A DNA stretch of 64,000 nucleotides from Myxococcales bacterium. GTDB lineage: Bacteria; Myxococcota_A; UBA9042. The stretch lies in assembly GCA_037441385.1 (NCBI GenBank), contig JBBISH010000001.1, forward strand, positions 1 to 64,000, written 5' to 3'. This document shows, piece by piece, positions 28,962 to 39,633 of this stretch (its first letter is position 1; each line of letters begins with the position of its first letter). The position numbers and the translations under genes are program-made. The notes under the pieces were generated by a model that was not told where the DNA came from, did not search any database, and worked only from the letters and a program-made list of their open reading frames with translations.

Positions 28962-30008
28962 ATGATTCGCATTGCGCTTTTGCCGGGCGACGGCATCGGC
29001 CCCGAGGTGATCGACGCTGCTGTAACGGTGCTGGAGAAAGCCAGCCAGCAGTTCGGCTTCCACTACACCACCCAGTTGTTCGACCTGGGCGCCGAGCGCT
29101 ACCTGCGCACTGGCGAGACGATGCCCGACAAGGAATTCGCCAGCCTGCGCGACGACTTCGACTGCATCCTGCTGGGCGCCTTTGGCGATCCGCGCGTGCC
29201 CAGCAACATTCACGCCAAAGACATCTTGTTGGGGCTGCGGCAACGTCTGGACCTGTACGTGAACTTGCGGCCGGTCAAATTGGTCGACGAGCGGCTGTGT
29301 CCGCTCAAGGGCGTCCAGGCCGGCGGCGTGGACATGGCGATCGTCCGCGAAAACACCGAGAGCGTGTACGTGGGCATCGGCGGCCGCTTCAAGGCGGGGA
29401 TGCCCGACGAGGTGGCGCAGTCGGTGATGCTGTCGACGCGGCCTGGTTGCGATCGCCTGCTGCGCTACGCCTTCGAGCTGGCGCGGACCCGACGCAACAA
29501 GTTGGTGCTGTGCGACAAGGCCAACGCCATCGAGGCGGCGCACGGCTTGTGGCGGCTGGCACTGAAGGAAATGGCCAAAGAGTTCCCGGATGTGCAGGCT
29601 ACGACCCTGTACGCCGACGTGGCGGCGATGCGCATGGTCACCCACCCGCACGAGTTCGACGTGGTGGTGGGCGACAACATGATCGGCGACATCCTGAGCG
29701 ATCTGGCGGCGGCGCTGGTCGGCGGTCTGGGTCTGGCGCCGTCGGCGTCGACGCATCCGGGCAGGGTGGCGCTGTACGAGCCCGTGCACGGCTCGGCGCC
29801 GGACATCGTGGGCACGGGCAAGGCCAACCCGCTGGCGGCGATCCTGTCGCTGGGGATGCTGCTGCACGATCAAGGCCAGCACGCGGCGGCGGCGGCGATC
29901 GAAACGGCCTGTGCGCAAAGCGTGATCGACAAGGCATGCACGCCGGACCTGGGCGGGGCGCTGACCACGACGCAGGTGGCCGAGTGGGTGGCGGGGCGGC
30001 TCAGCTAG
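28962..30008 (+). CDS. leuB: 3-isopropylmalate dehydrogenase (isocitrate/isopropylmalate dehydrogenase family)
   Basis: PGDGIGPEV, LRQRLDLYVNLRP, VRENTE, NMIGDILSD, EPVHGSAPD; substrate specificity inferred. Confidence 0.75.
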   Translation: MIRIALLPGDGIGPEVIDAAVTVLEKASQQFGFHYTTQLFDLGAERYLRTGETMPDKEFASLRDDFDCILLGAFGDPRVPSNIHAKDILLGLRQRLDLYVNLRPVKLVDERLCPLKGVQAGGVDMAIVRENTESVYVGIGGRFKAGMPDEVAQSVMLSTRPGCDRLLRYAFELARTRRNKLVLCDKANAIEAAHGLWRLALKEMAKEFPDVQATTLYADVAAMRMVTHPHEFDVVVGDNMIGDILSDLAAALVGGLGLAPSASTHPGRVALYEPVHGSAPDIVGTGKANPLAAILSLGMLLHDQGQHAAAAAIETACAQSVIDKACTPDLGGALTTTQVAEWVAGRLS

Positions 30009-30148
30009 CCCATCCGCTGGATCGCGTGCCAGTTCAGGGTGTTTTGTAGGTGGCGGGCCTTGACCACCACAGCCTTCGCGGGCGCTACCTGCATGGATTG
30101 GCAATCCGATTTACGGTCCGTGCAAACGGTGTACGTAAAGGCCTACCC

Positions 30149-30778
30149 CTAAAGCCGCTCCTCCGGCCCCAAGTTCGGCTCGGCCCGCGCCGGCAGCCAG
30201 CGCACCACCCGCGCCCAGTCGATGAGCAAGCCCGGCAGCACCGCAACCTCGCTCGTGCCTTCGAATTCTTGGACGTCCGGCCGACCATAGGCTTGGCCGT
30301 CGTGGCGGTAGATGGTCACCACCCGGTCGAGCGGATGCACCAGCCAGAATTCGCGCACCCCCGCGCGCTCGTAGACGCGGCGCTTCTTGACCTGGTCGTG
30401 GCCGGCCGAGCTGGGACTGATGACTTCGACCACCCAGTCTGGAGCCCCGCGCACGCCGCGCTCGTCGAGCTTGCTAGGATCGCAGACCACCAGCACATCG
30501 GGCTGCACCACGGTGTCGACCTGCTCGTCGGCCTCGGCGTGCCGGGGCAGCCGCACGTCCAGCGGCGCCACAAAGGCGCGGCAGGGCTTGTCGGCTAGAA
30601 ACTGCTTGGCCTGACTGGCGATTTCGAGCACGATCTCTTGGTGCTCGACCCCTGGCGCCGGGCTCATGGCGCGAGCCTCGCCGTCGACCAGCTCCCAGCG
30701 CTGGCCGTCGTGCCAGCCTTGGTAGTCGGCCCAGGTAAAGTGCTGTACTTGAGCAGAGTTCTTGGCTGGCTGCGGCAT
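30149..30778 (-). CDS. Uma2 family (PD-(D/E)XK) endonuclease
   Basis: RWELVDG, MSPAP..HQ, VQPDVLVVCD, GAPDWVVEVISPS, K..YERAGVREFWLV. Confidence 0.9.
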   Translation of the reverse strand: MPQPAKNSAQVQHFTWADYQGWHDGQRWELVDGEARAMSPAPGVEHQEIVLEIASQAKQFLADKPCRAFVAPLDVRLPRHAEADEQVDTVVQPDVLVVCDPSKLDERGVRGAPDWVVEVISPSSAGHDQVKKRRVYERAGVREFWLVHPLDRVVTIYRHDGQAYGRPDVQEFEGTSEVAVLPGLLIDWARVVRWLPARAEPNLGPEERL

Positions 30779-30864
30779 GATTCCCTCGCGCGGACCCGCC
30801 GGCCGGGCTGGGCCACTCTCAAGTATGCGCGGCGGGCTGGGCGCGGGCAAGCGGCCCAACTGGG

Positions 30865-30958
30865 CGGTATCGATACCGGTATCGGTCTCACCTGATACCG
30901 GTATCAGGTCACGCAACTACAGAATGTTCCTAGGTTCACCCTTGGCACGCACCTTGCT
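30865..30958 (+). promoter_or_regulatory. sigma54 promoter with tandem palindromic enhancer-like sites
   Basis: CGATACCGGTATCG (30871-30884), perfect 20-bp palindrome ACCTGATACCGGTATCAGGT (30890-30909), TGGCAC-GCACC-TTGCT (30943-30958). Confidence 0.8.
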
Positions 30959-31027
30959 CCGTGCTTGCGCGCGCCCCTTGGCGCCCCTATGCTGGCCAGG
31001 TCGCTGCGGCGGCGGGAGAGGCACGGC

Positions 31028-31585
31028 ATGGGCAAGATGTGGACCTGGGAGGACATCGTGCACCTGCCCGAGACGGAGCAGCCTGAAATCATTAGTGGTC
31101 AGCCCTTTGCGCGCGCCACTCCACGCGGAACACAGGGCCGAATCGTCACGCAACTGGCGCGGCATGTGGGCCCCGCCGACGACCCCAGTCTGGGGCAGAG
31201 CGGCTGGTGGATCAGCGTCGAGCCCTGTATCCGCCTGAACCCGCACGCGATCGTCGGCCCGGACCTGGCGGGCTGGAAGAAGGAGCGCCTGCCCGAGCTT
31301 CCAGACGACTGGCCGCTGGACGTGCGGCCGGACTGGGTGTGCGAGGTGCTGTCGCCGGGGACGGCCCGCTACGACCGCAGCACCAAGGCGCAGCTCTACG
31401 CGTTGTCGGGGATCCCTTGGTTTTGGCTGGTGGATCCCAGCGAGCGGCTGGTGGAGGTGCTGGAGCTGGACCGGGGCAGCTGGCGCATCCACGGCTGTTT
31501 TGGCGACGACGAGGTGGTGAAGCTGCCGCCGTTCGACGGCGTGGAGCTGGCGCTGGGGCGGCTGTTCTTGCCGCGCAAGACGTAG
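31028..31585 (+). CDS. Uma2 family endonuclease
   Basis: EIISG, PDLAGW, PDWVCEVLSP, K..LYA..GIPWFWLVDP. Confidence 0.9.
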   Translation: MGKMWTWEDIVHLPETEQPEIISGQPFARATPRGTQGRIVTQLARHVGPADDPSLGQSGWWISVEPCIRLNPHAIVGPDLAGWKKERLPELPDDWPLDVRPDWVCEVLSPGTARYDRSTKAQLYALSGIPWFWLVDPSERLVEVLELDRGSWRIHGCFGDDEVVKLPPFDGVELALGRLFLPRKT

Positions 31586-31677
31586 CCATTCCTTGGGCAG
31601 TGACCCCCTAGAAAACCCGCCGCTTCTCCTCTATCGTACCGCCGCCCGCCGGAATCGACGTCCGGCCGCAGAGCGCC

Positions 31678-33684
31678 ATGACTGCACCCGCCCACGATCC
31701 CCACCTGCAGCACGTCACCCTGGCCGACGGCCGGCCCGCGGTCCGGTTCACCGGCCGAATTCTGTTCTTGTACGAGGATTTGGAGCTCGTTCGCCGCCAG
31801 TTGGCCGGCGAAGACTTGCCCTGGGACCCCACCGAGAAGCTGGTCGACAACATCTCGACCGACGAGATCACCCCCGGCTGGGTGTGCTTCTACTTTGACG
31901 AGACGCTGGGCGACTACTCGCTGGTGGGCCTGCGCGGCGGCGTCATCGAGAAGAACAGCATCAAGAACGGCAACTTCGCTGTGATCGTCAGCGGCAAAAG
32001 CAAGGGCTGCGGCAGCTCGCGCGAGACCGCGCCGTACAGCGAGCAGGCCGCCGGGGTCCGCTTGGTCATCGCCCAAACGATCGAGAAGATCTACGGCCAG
32101 AACAGCCAGAACATCGGCCTTTACAATAGCTTGGACTTTGGCCTGATCCCGCGCATCCAAGCCGGCGAGGCCATCCCCGTGGACGAGTTCACCGCCGGCC
32201 TGGACCCGGTGGCGGCCGAGATCGTGCGGCGCGGCGGCCTGTTCAACTATAACGGAGCGCGCTTGAGCGGCGCCATCAAGCCCCCGGCGCCCACCACCCT
32301 GGCGCGGCCGATGACGGTGGTGGAAAAGGTCATCGCGGCGGGGACGATTGTCGACGCCAGCACCGGGCAAGTCGGCGTGCCGGCGGTGAAACCCGGGCAG
32401 GCCGTCTTTGTGCGCAGCGACGTGCGCTTCAGCCACGACTACACCACCGCCATGGCTCAGGCCAGCTTCAAGGCTGCACTGGGGCAAGACGCCAAGGTCA
32501 AAGACGTGGGCAGCGTCTACGCTTTTCGCGATCACCTGACCTTCTTGTCCAAAGTGATGAGCGAGAAACACAAGGCGATGGGTCTGGAGCCAGTGGCCGC
32601 GCAACTTGGGATCATTCAACGGCAATTCTGCGGCGAGCAGGGCATCCGCCTGTACGACGAGAACGCCGACGGCTCGGGCTCCGAGGCCATCTGCCACAAC
32701 GCGGTGCTGGAAGATCTGGCGCTGCCGGGCGACATCGTGGTCGGCACCGACTCGCACACCTGCACGGCGGGTGCGATCGGCACCTTTGCCTTTGGTGTCG
32801 GCTCAACGGACATGGCCAACACCTGGTACACCAAGGATATTCGTGTCACGGTGCCCGAGACCGTGCGCTTCCACGTGACCGGGACCCCCAAGTCCGGGGT
32901 GGCGGCCAAGGACATCATCTTGCGCATCATGGCGACGCCGTTCATCCGCGACGGCAAGGCCATTGGCAAGGTGCTGGAATTCTGTGGGCCGGGCGTGCAG
33001 GCGCTGACCATGGACGAGCGGGCGACCTTGACCAACATGGCCGTGGAAGCCGGCGCGACGACTGGGATTATCGAGGCGGACGAGGTGACGCTGCAGTGGC
33101 TCGCCAAGATTCGGCCCGGACTGGACCCCGAAGCGCTGCGGTCGCGGCTGTACCGCTCGGATCCGGGCGCGCAGTACCTGGCCAGCTTCGAGATCGACCT
33201 GGACGCGCTGGACTACATGGTGGCCACCCCGGGGGACCCGCGCAACGGCGTGCCGCTGCCCGAGCTGGGCGCCCAGCCGGTGGCGATCAACCTGGCCTAC
33301 GGCGGTTCGTGTACCGGTGGCAAGATGGCCGACATGGACATGTACGCCGCTGTGCTGCGCCAGGCCCTGGACAAAGGCAAGAAGGTCGCGCCGGGCGTCG
33401 AGCTGTTCATCCAGTACGGCAGCCAGAAGATCAAGCAATATGCGGTGTCGCAGGGCTATCCGCAGATCTTCGCGCAGGCCGGCGCGCAGGTCATCGACCC
33501 GAGCTGCGGTGCTTGCATCAACGCCGGGCCGGGCGTGAGCAAGACGGCGGACCATGTGACGATTTCGGCGATCAACCGCAACTTTCCAGGCCGCTCTGGA
33601 CCGGGTAAGGTGTACCTGGCCAGCCCGCTGGTGGTGGCGGCGTCGGCGGTGCTCGGGCACATCGGCTCGCCCGAACAGATCTAA
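31678..33684 (+). CDS. Aconitase-family dehydratase with N-terminal swivel (LeuD-like) domain fused to a LeuC-like large domain
   Basis: NISTDEITP and GCGSSRE in the N-terminus; DSHTCT, GGSCTGG, SCGACIN, NRNFPGRSG, YLASP in the C-terminus. Confidence 0.88.
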   Translation: MTAPAHDPHLQHVTLADGRPAVRFTGRILFLYEDLELVRRQLAGEDLPWDPTEKLVDNISTDEITPGWVCFYFDETLGDYSLVGLRGGVIEKNSIKNGNFAVIVSGKSKGCGSSRETAPYSEQAAGVRLVIAQTIEKIYGQNSQNIGLYNSLDFGLIPRIQAGEAIPVDEFTAGLDPVAAEIVRRGGLFNYNGARLSGAIKPPAPTTLARPMTVVEKVIAAGTIVDASTGQVGVPAVKPGQAVFVRSDVRFSHDYTTAMAQASFKAALGQDAKVKDVGSVYAFRDHLTFLSKVMSEKHKAMGLEPVAAQLGIIQRQFCGEQGIRLYDENADGSGSEAICHNAVLEDLALPGDIVVGTDSHTCTAGAIGTFAFGVGSTDMANTWYTKDIRVTVPETVRFHVTGTPKSGVAAKDIILRIMATPFIRDGKAIGKVLEFCGPGVQALTMDERATLTNMAVEAGATTGIIEADEVTLQWLAKIRPGLDPEALRSRLYRSDPGAQYLASFEIDLDALDYMVATPGDPRNGVPLPELGAQPVAINLAYGGSCTGGKMADMDMYAAVLRQALDKGKKVAPGVELFIQYGSQKIKQYAVSQGYPQIFAQAGAQVIDPSCGACINAGPGVSKTADHVTISAINRNFPGRSGPGKVYLASPLVVAASAVLGHIGSPEQI

Positions 33685-33708
33685 GTTGTTTCAGTAACTT
33701 GCGAGGCC

Positions 33709-35175
33709 ATGATGGGCGCGCGGAACACACCAAGGCAGCGGCGGACGTGGCAGGCGGCGGTGTTGGCAGCGGCGCTGACCCTGCTGGCGCAGCCGGCGGC
33801 GGCCGACGCGGGCAGCGACCCGATTGCCCAAGCCCAGCAGGCCCGCAAGAGCGGCGACTTTGCCAAGGCGGCCAAGCTGTTGCTGGACCACCTGGCCGTC
33901 CATCCCGACGACGCCCGCGCCCACCACGAACTGGGGGTCCTCTACGCGCTCCACGGGCAACTCCGCGACGCGCGCGAGCAATTCGAGGCGGCGCTGCGCA
34001 TCGAGCCGGCTCAGGCCGAATCGCGGCAAGCGCTGGCCGACGTGCTGCGGGCCGAGGACCGCTGCACAGAAGCCTTGCCGCAGTATCAAAAGCTGCTTTC
34101 CGATGACCCGGAGCGGGCCAAGGCCCTGAAGGGCCAGCTGTTGTGTCAGGTCCAATTGGGTCAGTGGCCGGCGGCCGAAGCGACGTGCGCGGCGGGCGAG
34201 GCGCGCCACAAGGGCTCGGACCTGGGCAAGTGGCTGGGCGAGCGCTGCCAGCAAGTCCGGGCGGCGGCCCAAAGCGGCGAGCTGAGCGCGGGCCAGATGG
34301 ATGCCGAGGGCAAAGCCCTGTTTGGCGAAAAACGCTACGCGGACGCGGCGGTCTGGTTCGAGCTGGCGCTGCAGACCGAGCCGACGGCCGACCGTGCCTA
34401 CCGGCTGGCGATGGCGCGGCTGGGTACCGGCGATCTGCTGGGCTGCCAGGCGGCGCTGCAGCAGGCCGTGGGCCTGGAGCCCACCCACCAAGCCGCCTTG
34501 ATGGCCATGGCGACGGTGGCGCGCGCGCTGCGCACGTTGGGCAGCGACGGCGAAGTGGTGGATTTCAAGCGGTTCAGCGAGACGCCCGAGCGCGCCATCG
34601 CCCGCGCCCTGCTGGACAGCGACTTGTTGCTGGCGCGCCAGTTGGTGGCGGCTGCGCTGCCGGCCAAGCCTGCGGTGGGCGCCGAGCCGCCAGGGGCGGT
34701 GCTGCTCTGGCTGGCCGGCGAGGTCGCGCTGCGCGACGGACAGGTGCAAAAGGCTGGAGAATGGTTTGATAAAACCCTGAAGGTCCGTCCCAGCTTTGAC
34801 GCCGCGCGCAAGGGCCAGGCCGATGTGGCCTACCAGCTGAACCGCATCAGCGAAGCGCGCCGCTTGGCGGGCCTGCCACCGCCGCCGGCGTGGTTAGCGG
34901 CAGAGGCGGACCTGAAGCTCTTTGTCGAGAAGCGCCGCGCCGAGGTGCGGCATCAGCTCAAGATGGCTCTGGATCCCGGCACCCACGCCCGGCCGTCGCT
35001 GGCCGATCAGGTCGAGGCCGATCTGCCGGCACCGCCCCCCAAGGTCGAAGAGCCGCCCCCGCCGCCCGAGCCGACCAAGGGCATCAAGGGCAAGGGCGCC
35101 AAACCGGCCAAGTCCGTCAAGCCGGTCAAAGCCGCAAAGCCGGCCAAAGGCAAAGCAAAACGAGGTTCGAAATAG
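33709..35175 (+). CDS. Exported TPR protein with Pro/Lys-rich tail
   Basis: Signal peptide; TPRs (AHHELGVLYA..G...AREQFEAAL); KPAK-rich C-terminus. Confidence 0.8.
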   Translation: MMGARNTPRQRRTWQAAVLAAALTLLAQPAAADAGSDPIAQAQQARKSGDFAKAAKLLLDHLAVHPDDARAHHELGVLYALHGQLRDAREQFEAALRIEPAQAESRQALADVLRAEDRCTEALPQYQKLLSDDPERAKALKGQLLCQVQLGQWPAAEATCAAGEARHKGSDLGKWLGERCQQVRAAAQSGELSAGQMDAEGKALFGEKRYADAAVWFELALQTEPTADRAYRLAMARLGTGDLLGCQAALQQAVGLEPTHQAALMAMATVARALRTLGSDGEVVDFKRFSETPERAIARALLDSDLLLARQLVAAALPAKPAVGAEPPGAVLLWLAGEVALRDGQVQKAGEWFDKTLKVRPSFDAARKGQADVAYQLNRISEARRLAGLPPPPAWLAAEADLKLFVEKRRAEVRHQLKMALDPGTHARPSLADQVEADLPAPPPKVEEPPPPPEPTKGIKGKGAKPAKSVKPVKAAKPAKGKAKRGSK

Positions 35176-35237
35176 GCGTACGCCCGCCAAAGACGACCGC
35201 CGCTGGCGCGATCACCGGCGCGGCCCTGCTTCCCAAA

Positions 35238-36398
35238 GTGGATGGCGAAGTCGGCTATCTGCACCGCGCGCGCATCGTTTGGTGCGATGGGCGAATCTCT
35301 GAAATTCAAGAACTCTCTGGTGATCCGCTGCCCAGAGAGCCGCTGCTCGTGCCGGGCTTTGTCGATCTGCACATCCACTGGCCGCAGGCCCACGTGCGGG
35401 GTCGCTTTGCCGGCGCGCTGCTGCCCTGGTTGCGCGAGTCGATCTGGCCGGCCGAAGCAGAGTTTGCGAGCGAGGACGTGGCGCTGCGGCGCGCTCGCGA
35501 GTTCATGGCGGCTGCGCAGCGGGCGGGGACCTGTGCCGGCCTGTTCTTTGGCGCGCCGTTTGCCCAAGCCAGTCGCGCGTTTGCCCAGGTGGCGCCGCCG
35601 GGCTGGCTGGAGGGGCCGGCGCTCATGGAGGTCAACGCTCCAGAGGCGCTGCTCCGGCCGGCGACCCAGCTGTTGGCGGACCTAGAGGCCCACGGACCGG
35701 TCGGGTTTGCGGTGACGCCGCGGTTTGCGCCCAACCTGAGCGAGGCGGGCCTTGCGGCGTGCGGCGCGGTGGCGGCGCGGCTGAAGGCGCCCATTCAGTC
35801 GCATATCAGTGAAAACGTGGACGAAGTCGCCTGGGTCGGCCAGTTGTTCCCGCACGCGGTCGACTACCTGGACGTCTACGATCGCGCCGGGCTGCTGGGG
35901 CCGCGTTCGGTGCTGGCCCACGGAATCCACCTGTCTGATCGCGAGTTGGCGCGGCTGGCGGCGACGGGCACGCGGATCGCCCACTGCCCGACTAGCAATG
36001 TGGCGCTTGGCTCGGGGCGGATGCCGCTCGAGCGGCTGCGCGCGGCCGGTGTGAACTGGGTGTTGGCAAGCGATGTCGGCGCCGGCCCGCGGTTGTCCCT
36101 CTTGGACGCGATGGCCGCGTTTGTTCAGGTTCATCAAGGGTTTGCGGACTCGACCGCCGCCGAGGCGCTATGCCGCGCCACCGCCATTCCCGGCCAGTGG
36201 CTGAGCCAATTCGACCCGCAGCTGGCCGGCTTGGGTACGCTGGCGGTGGGGGCGCCCGCGCACGTGGTGGCGTTGCCGCGGCTGGGCGATGGGGTCACCG
36301 GGGCCCTGGCCGGATATCTGGCCAAGCCCTCTGAATTACTAGAGACCCTACCCAACAAGGTGTGGTGTTGGGGCGAGCAGGTGGCGCGCGCGCCTTGA
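35238..36398 (+). CDS. guaD: Guanine deaminase (amidohydrolase); true start possibly the ATA at 35172
   Basis: PGFVDLHIHWPQ, LLPWL, VTPRFA, QSHISEN, LAHGIHL, HCPTSN..LGSG, SDVGAG. Confidence 0.85.
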   Translation: MDGEVGYLHRARIVWCDGRISEIQELSGDPLPREPLLVPGFVDLHIHWPQAHVRGRFAGALLPWLRESIWPAEAEFASEDVALRRAREFMAAAQRAGTCAGLFFGAPFAQASRAFAQVAPPGWLEGPALMEVNAPEALLRPATQLLADLEAHGPVGFAVTPRFAPNLSEAGLAACGAVAARLKAPIQSHISENVDEVAWVGQLFPHAVDYLDVYDRAGLLGPRSVLAHGIHLSDRELARLAATGTRIAHCPTSNVALGSGRMPLERLRAAGVNWVLASDVGAGPRLSLLDAMAAFVQVHQGFADSTAAEALCRATAIPGQWLSQFDPQLAGLGTLAVGAPAHVVALPRLGDGVTGALAGYLAKPSELLETLPNKVWCWGEQVARAP

Positions 36399-36521
36399 CG
36401 CGGTGGCCCCAGGCATCGGACACTTCGGCGCCGGCCGCACCCATCCTGCCGGCACAGGCAATGCGCTAAGTCTATCCACTGCAAAGAGATTCGGCCCCTG
36501 CGGGCCCCGCGAGACGGAGCA

Positions 36522-37790
<1,269 letters not shown>

Positions 37791-37819
37791 GGCGCTTGCC
37801 CGCTCGCCTGGAGACGCCG

Positions 37820-38755
37820 ATGAACTCTCGCCTCAAGCTTTTTGCTGGCACTAGCCACCCCCAGCTCGCCCGCGACATCTGCAAGCACCTGGACCTGCCG
37901 CTGTCGAAAAGCGAGACGATTCGCTTTGCCAACGAGAACTTGATGGTCAAGATCTCGGAGAACGTGCGCGAGTGCGACGTGTTCTACGTGCAGACCTCGG
38001 CGCCGCCCGTCAACGAGGCGCTGGTCGAGACGATGATCGCCATCGACGCGCTCAAGGGCGCCTCGGCGGCGCGGGTGACGGTGGTGCTGCCGTATCTGCC
38101 GTACTCCCGCTCGGACAAGAAGGACCAGCCGCGCATCTCGATCACCGCGCGCCTGATCGCCGACCTGCTGCAGACCGCCGGCGCCGACCGCGTGCTCACC
38201 ATGGACCTGCACTCGCCGCAGATCCAAGGCTTTTTCCGCATCCCGGTCGACCAATTGATGGGCGCGCCGGTGCTGTGCGACCACATGCAGACCTGGGATC
38301 TCAGCGACTGCGTGCTGGTGGCGGGCGACGTGGGCGAGGCCAAGGATATCGGCCGGTTCGCGAACATCCTGCATCTTCCGGTGGCCGTGGTCGACAAGCG
38401 CCGCTACGGCAACGACGACCGCGCCGTAGCGACCAACCTCATCGGCGAAGTGTCGGGCAAGCACGCCATCATCGTCGACGACGAGATCTCGACCGGCGGC
38501 ACCATCATCGAGGCCACCAACTTCCTCATGTCGCGCGGGGCCTTGTCGGTGCGCGTCGTCGCCACCCACGGTGTCTTGTGCGGGCCCGCCATCGAGCGCA
38601 TCAACGGTTCGTCGATCAGCCAAGTCATCGTCACCGACACCATCCCGCTGCGCGACAAGAAAAGCGACCGCATCACCACGCTCAGCGTCGCGCCGTTGTT
38701 TGCCAAAGCGATCCGCCGCATCCACGACGGCGACTCGATCAGCGACCTTTTCTAA
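37820..38755 (+). CDS. prs: Ribose-phosphate pyrophosphokinase
   Basis: PYLPYSRSDKK, DLHSPQIQGFF, IIVDDEISTGGT, ATHGVL. Confidence 0.95.
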   Translation: MNSRLKLFAGTSHPQLARDICKHLDLPLSKSETIRFANENLMVKISENVRECDVFYVQTSAPPVNEALVETMIAIDALKGASAARVTVVLPYLPYSRSDKKDQPRISITARLIADLLQTAGADRVLTMDLHSPQIQGFFRIPVDQLMGAPVLCDHMQTWDLSDCVLVAGDVGEAKDIGRFANILHLPVAVVDKRRYGNDDRAVATNLIGEVSGKHAIIVDDEISTGGTIIEATNFLMSRGALSVRVVATHGVLCGPAIERINGSSISQVIVTDTIPLRDKKSDRITTLSVAPLFAKAIRRIHDGDSISDLF

Positions 38756-38762
38756 GTCGCGT

Positions 38763-38876
38763 TCTCAGTCCCAGTATCAAGCGCACCTGATACCGGTCTC
38801 ACGGGTGGCAACCTGTTGAGATTCGGTAGCTTTGTCTTGGCACGCTTCTGGCATGACTCCCGGGAGACGTCCGCCG
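38763..38876 (+). repeat. About 115-bp dispersed repeat, copy A (dyad + IHF-like site + sigma54-like promoter)
   Basis: Shares identical blocks CCGGTCTCACGGGT and TTTGTCTTGGCACGCTTCTGGCAT (24 bp) with 43426-43541; TGATACCGGTCTCA at 38788-38801. Confidence 0.88.
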
Positions 38877-38901
38877 GGGCGCGGCGCAGGTGCATGGGAT
38901 G

Positions 38902-38949
38902 TTGACGACCCGCTGTAGGACACGTAACCTGTGGACACGGATCCCGTGT
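38902..38949 (+). promoter_or_regulatory. sigma70-type promoter and operators of the TA operon
   Basis: TTGACG-N17-TAACCT; overlapping dyads ACACGTAACCTGTG and ACACGGATCCCGTGT. Confidence 0.6.
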
Positions 38950-38967
38950 GATTCGCCGCAGGCCCCC

Positions 38968-39198
38968 ATGAACCTGACCCTCAGCGCCGACGACGAGGTG
39001 GTCCGCCGCGCCCGTCTGGCCGCCAGCCGCCAAGGTCGCAGCCTGAACGACTTGATGCGCGAGCACTTGGAGCGCCTGGCTGGCATGAACACAGGTGCCG
39101 AGATCGCTAGCGAGTTCGAACAGTTGGCTATCCTTGGTCAAGGCCACAGCGGCGAGCGCTTTCGGCGGGCCGACGCCTACGACGGGCGGCGCTCGTGA
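38968..39198 (+). CDS. RHH-type antitoxin (DUF6364-like)
   Basis: MNLTLSADDEVVRRAR..A..QGRSLNDLMREHL; GTGA overlap with the PIN gene. Confidence 0.82.
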   Translation: MNLTLSADDEVVRRARLAASRQGRSLNDLMREHLERLAGMNTGAEIASEFEQLAILGQGHSGERFRRADAYDGRRS

Positions 39199-39633
39199 AG
39201 CCGGTGTTCCTGGACACCAATGTGCTGGTCTACGCAGTAGATTTGGCGGCGGGTCCGCGCGGCGGGTCCGCGCGGCGAGCGGGCGCGACAGCTGGTGACG
39301 GCAGCGCTGCGCGATCGTTCGGCAGTGCTGTCGACCCAGGTCCTGCAGGAGTTCTATGTGGTTGCTACCCGCAAGCTGGGCATCGAGCCGGCGGTGGCGC
39401 GGCGGCAGGTCGAGCTGCTGAGCACGCTGGAGGTGGTGCCGGTGACCGTGGCGCTGATCCTGGAGGCGATCGACCTGCAGCGGCTGCGGCAGGTGTCGTT
39501 TGGGGACGCGCTGGTGCTGCGATCGGCGGCGGCCGCGGGGTGCGCGATGGTGTGGAGCGAGGACTTGCAGGCGGGCGCGGTGTTCGACGGGGTGCGGGTG
39601 GAGAATCCGCTGCAGAGCCTAAGTGCGGGTTGA
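39195..39633 (+). pseudogene. PIN-domain (VapC-like) toxin, frameshifted by a 13-bp tandem duplication
   Basis: FLDTNVLVYA in one frame; STQVLQEF, SFGDAL, WSEDL, VENP in another; GGCGGGTCCGCGC twice at 39248-39273. Confidence 0.88.

Noticed and set aside
30016..30031. Additional sigma54 promoter on the minus strand (TGGCACGCGATCCAGC)
   Set aside because: GG-to-GC spacing is off by one and it points antisense into leuB
30865..30909. CRISPR array or integron attC sites
   Set aside because: The palindromes are not regularly spaced repeat-spacer units, there are no cas or intI genes, and no RYYYAAC/GTTRRRY ends were found
26381..33684. LysW-dependent alpha-aminoadipate lysine pathway (lysY/lysZ, homoaconitase, homoisocitrate dehydrogenase)
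   Set aside because: No lysW (EDWGE tail) or lysX ORF is visible; the reductase has ArgC-type PGCFAT and argG is nearby. Not fully excluded for the dehydratase and dehydrogenase.
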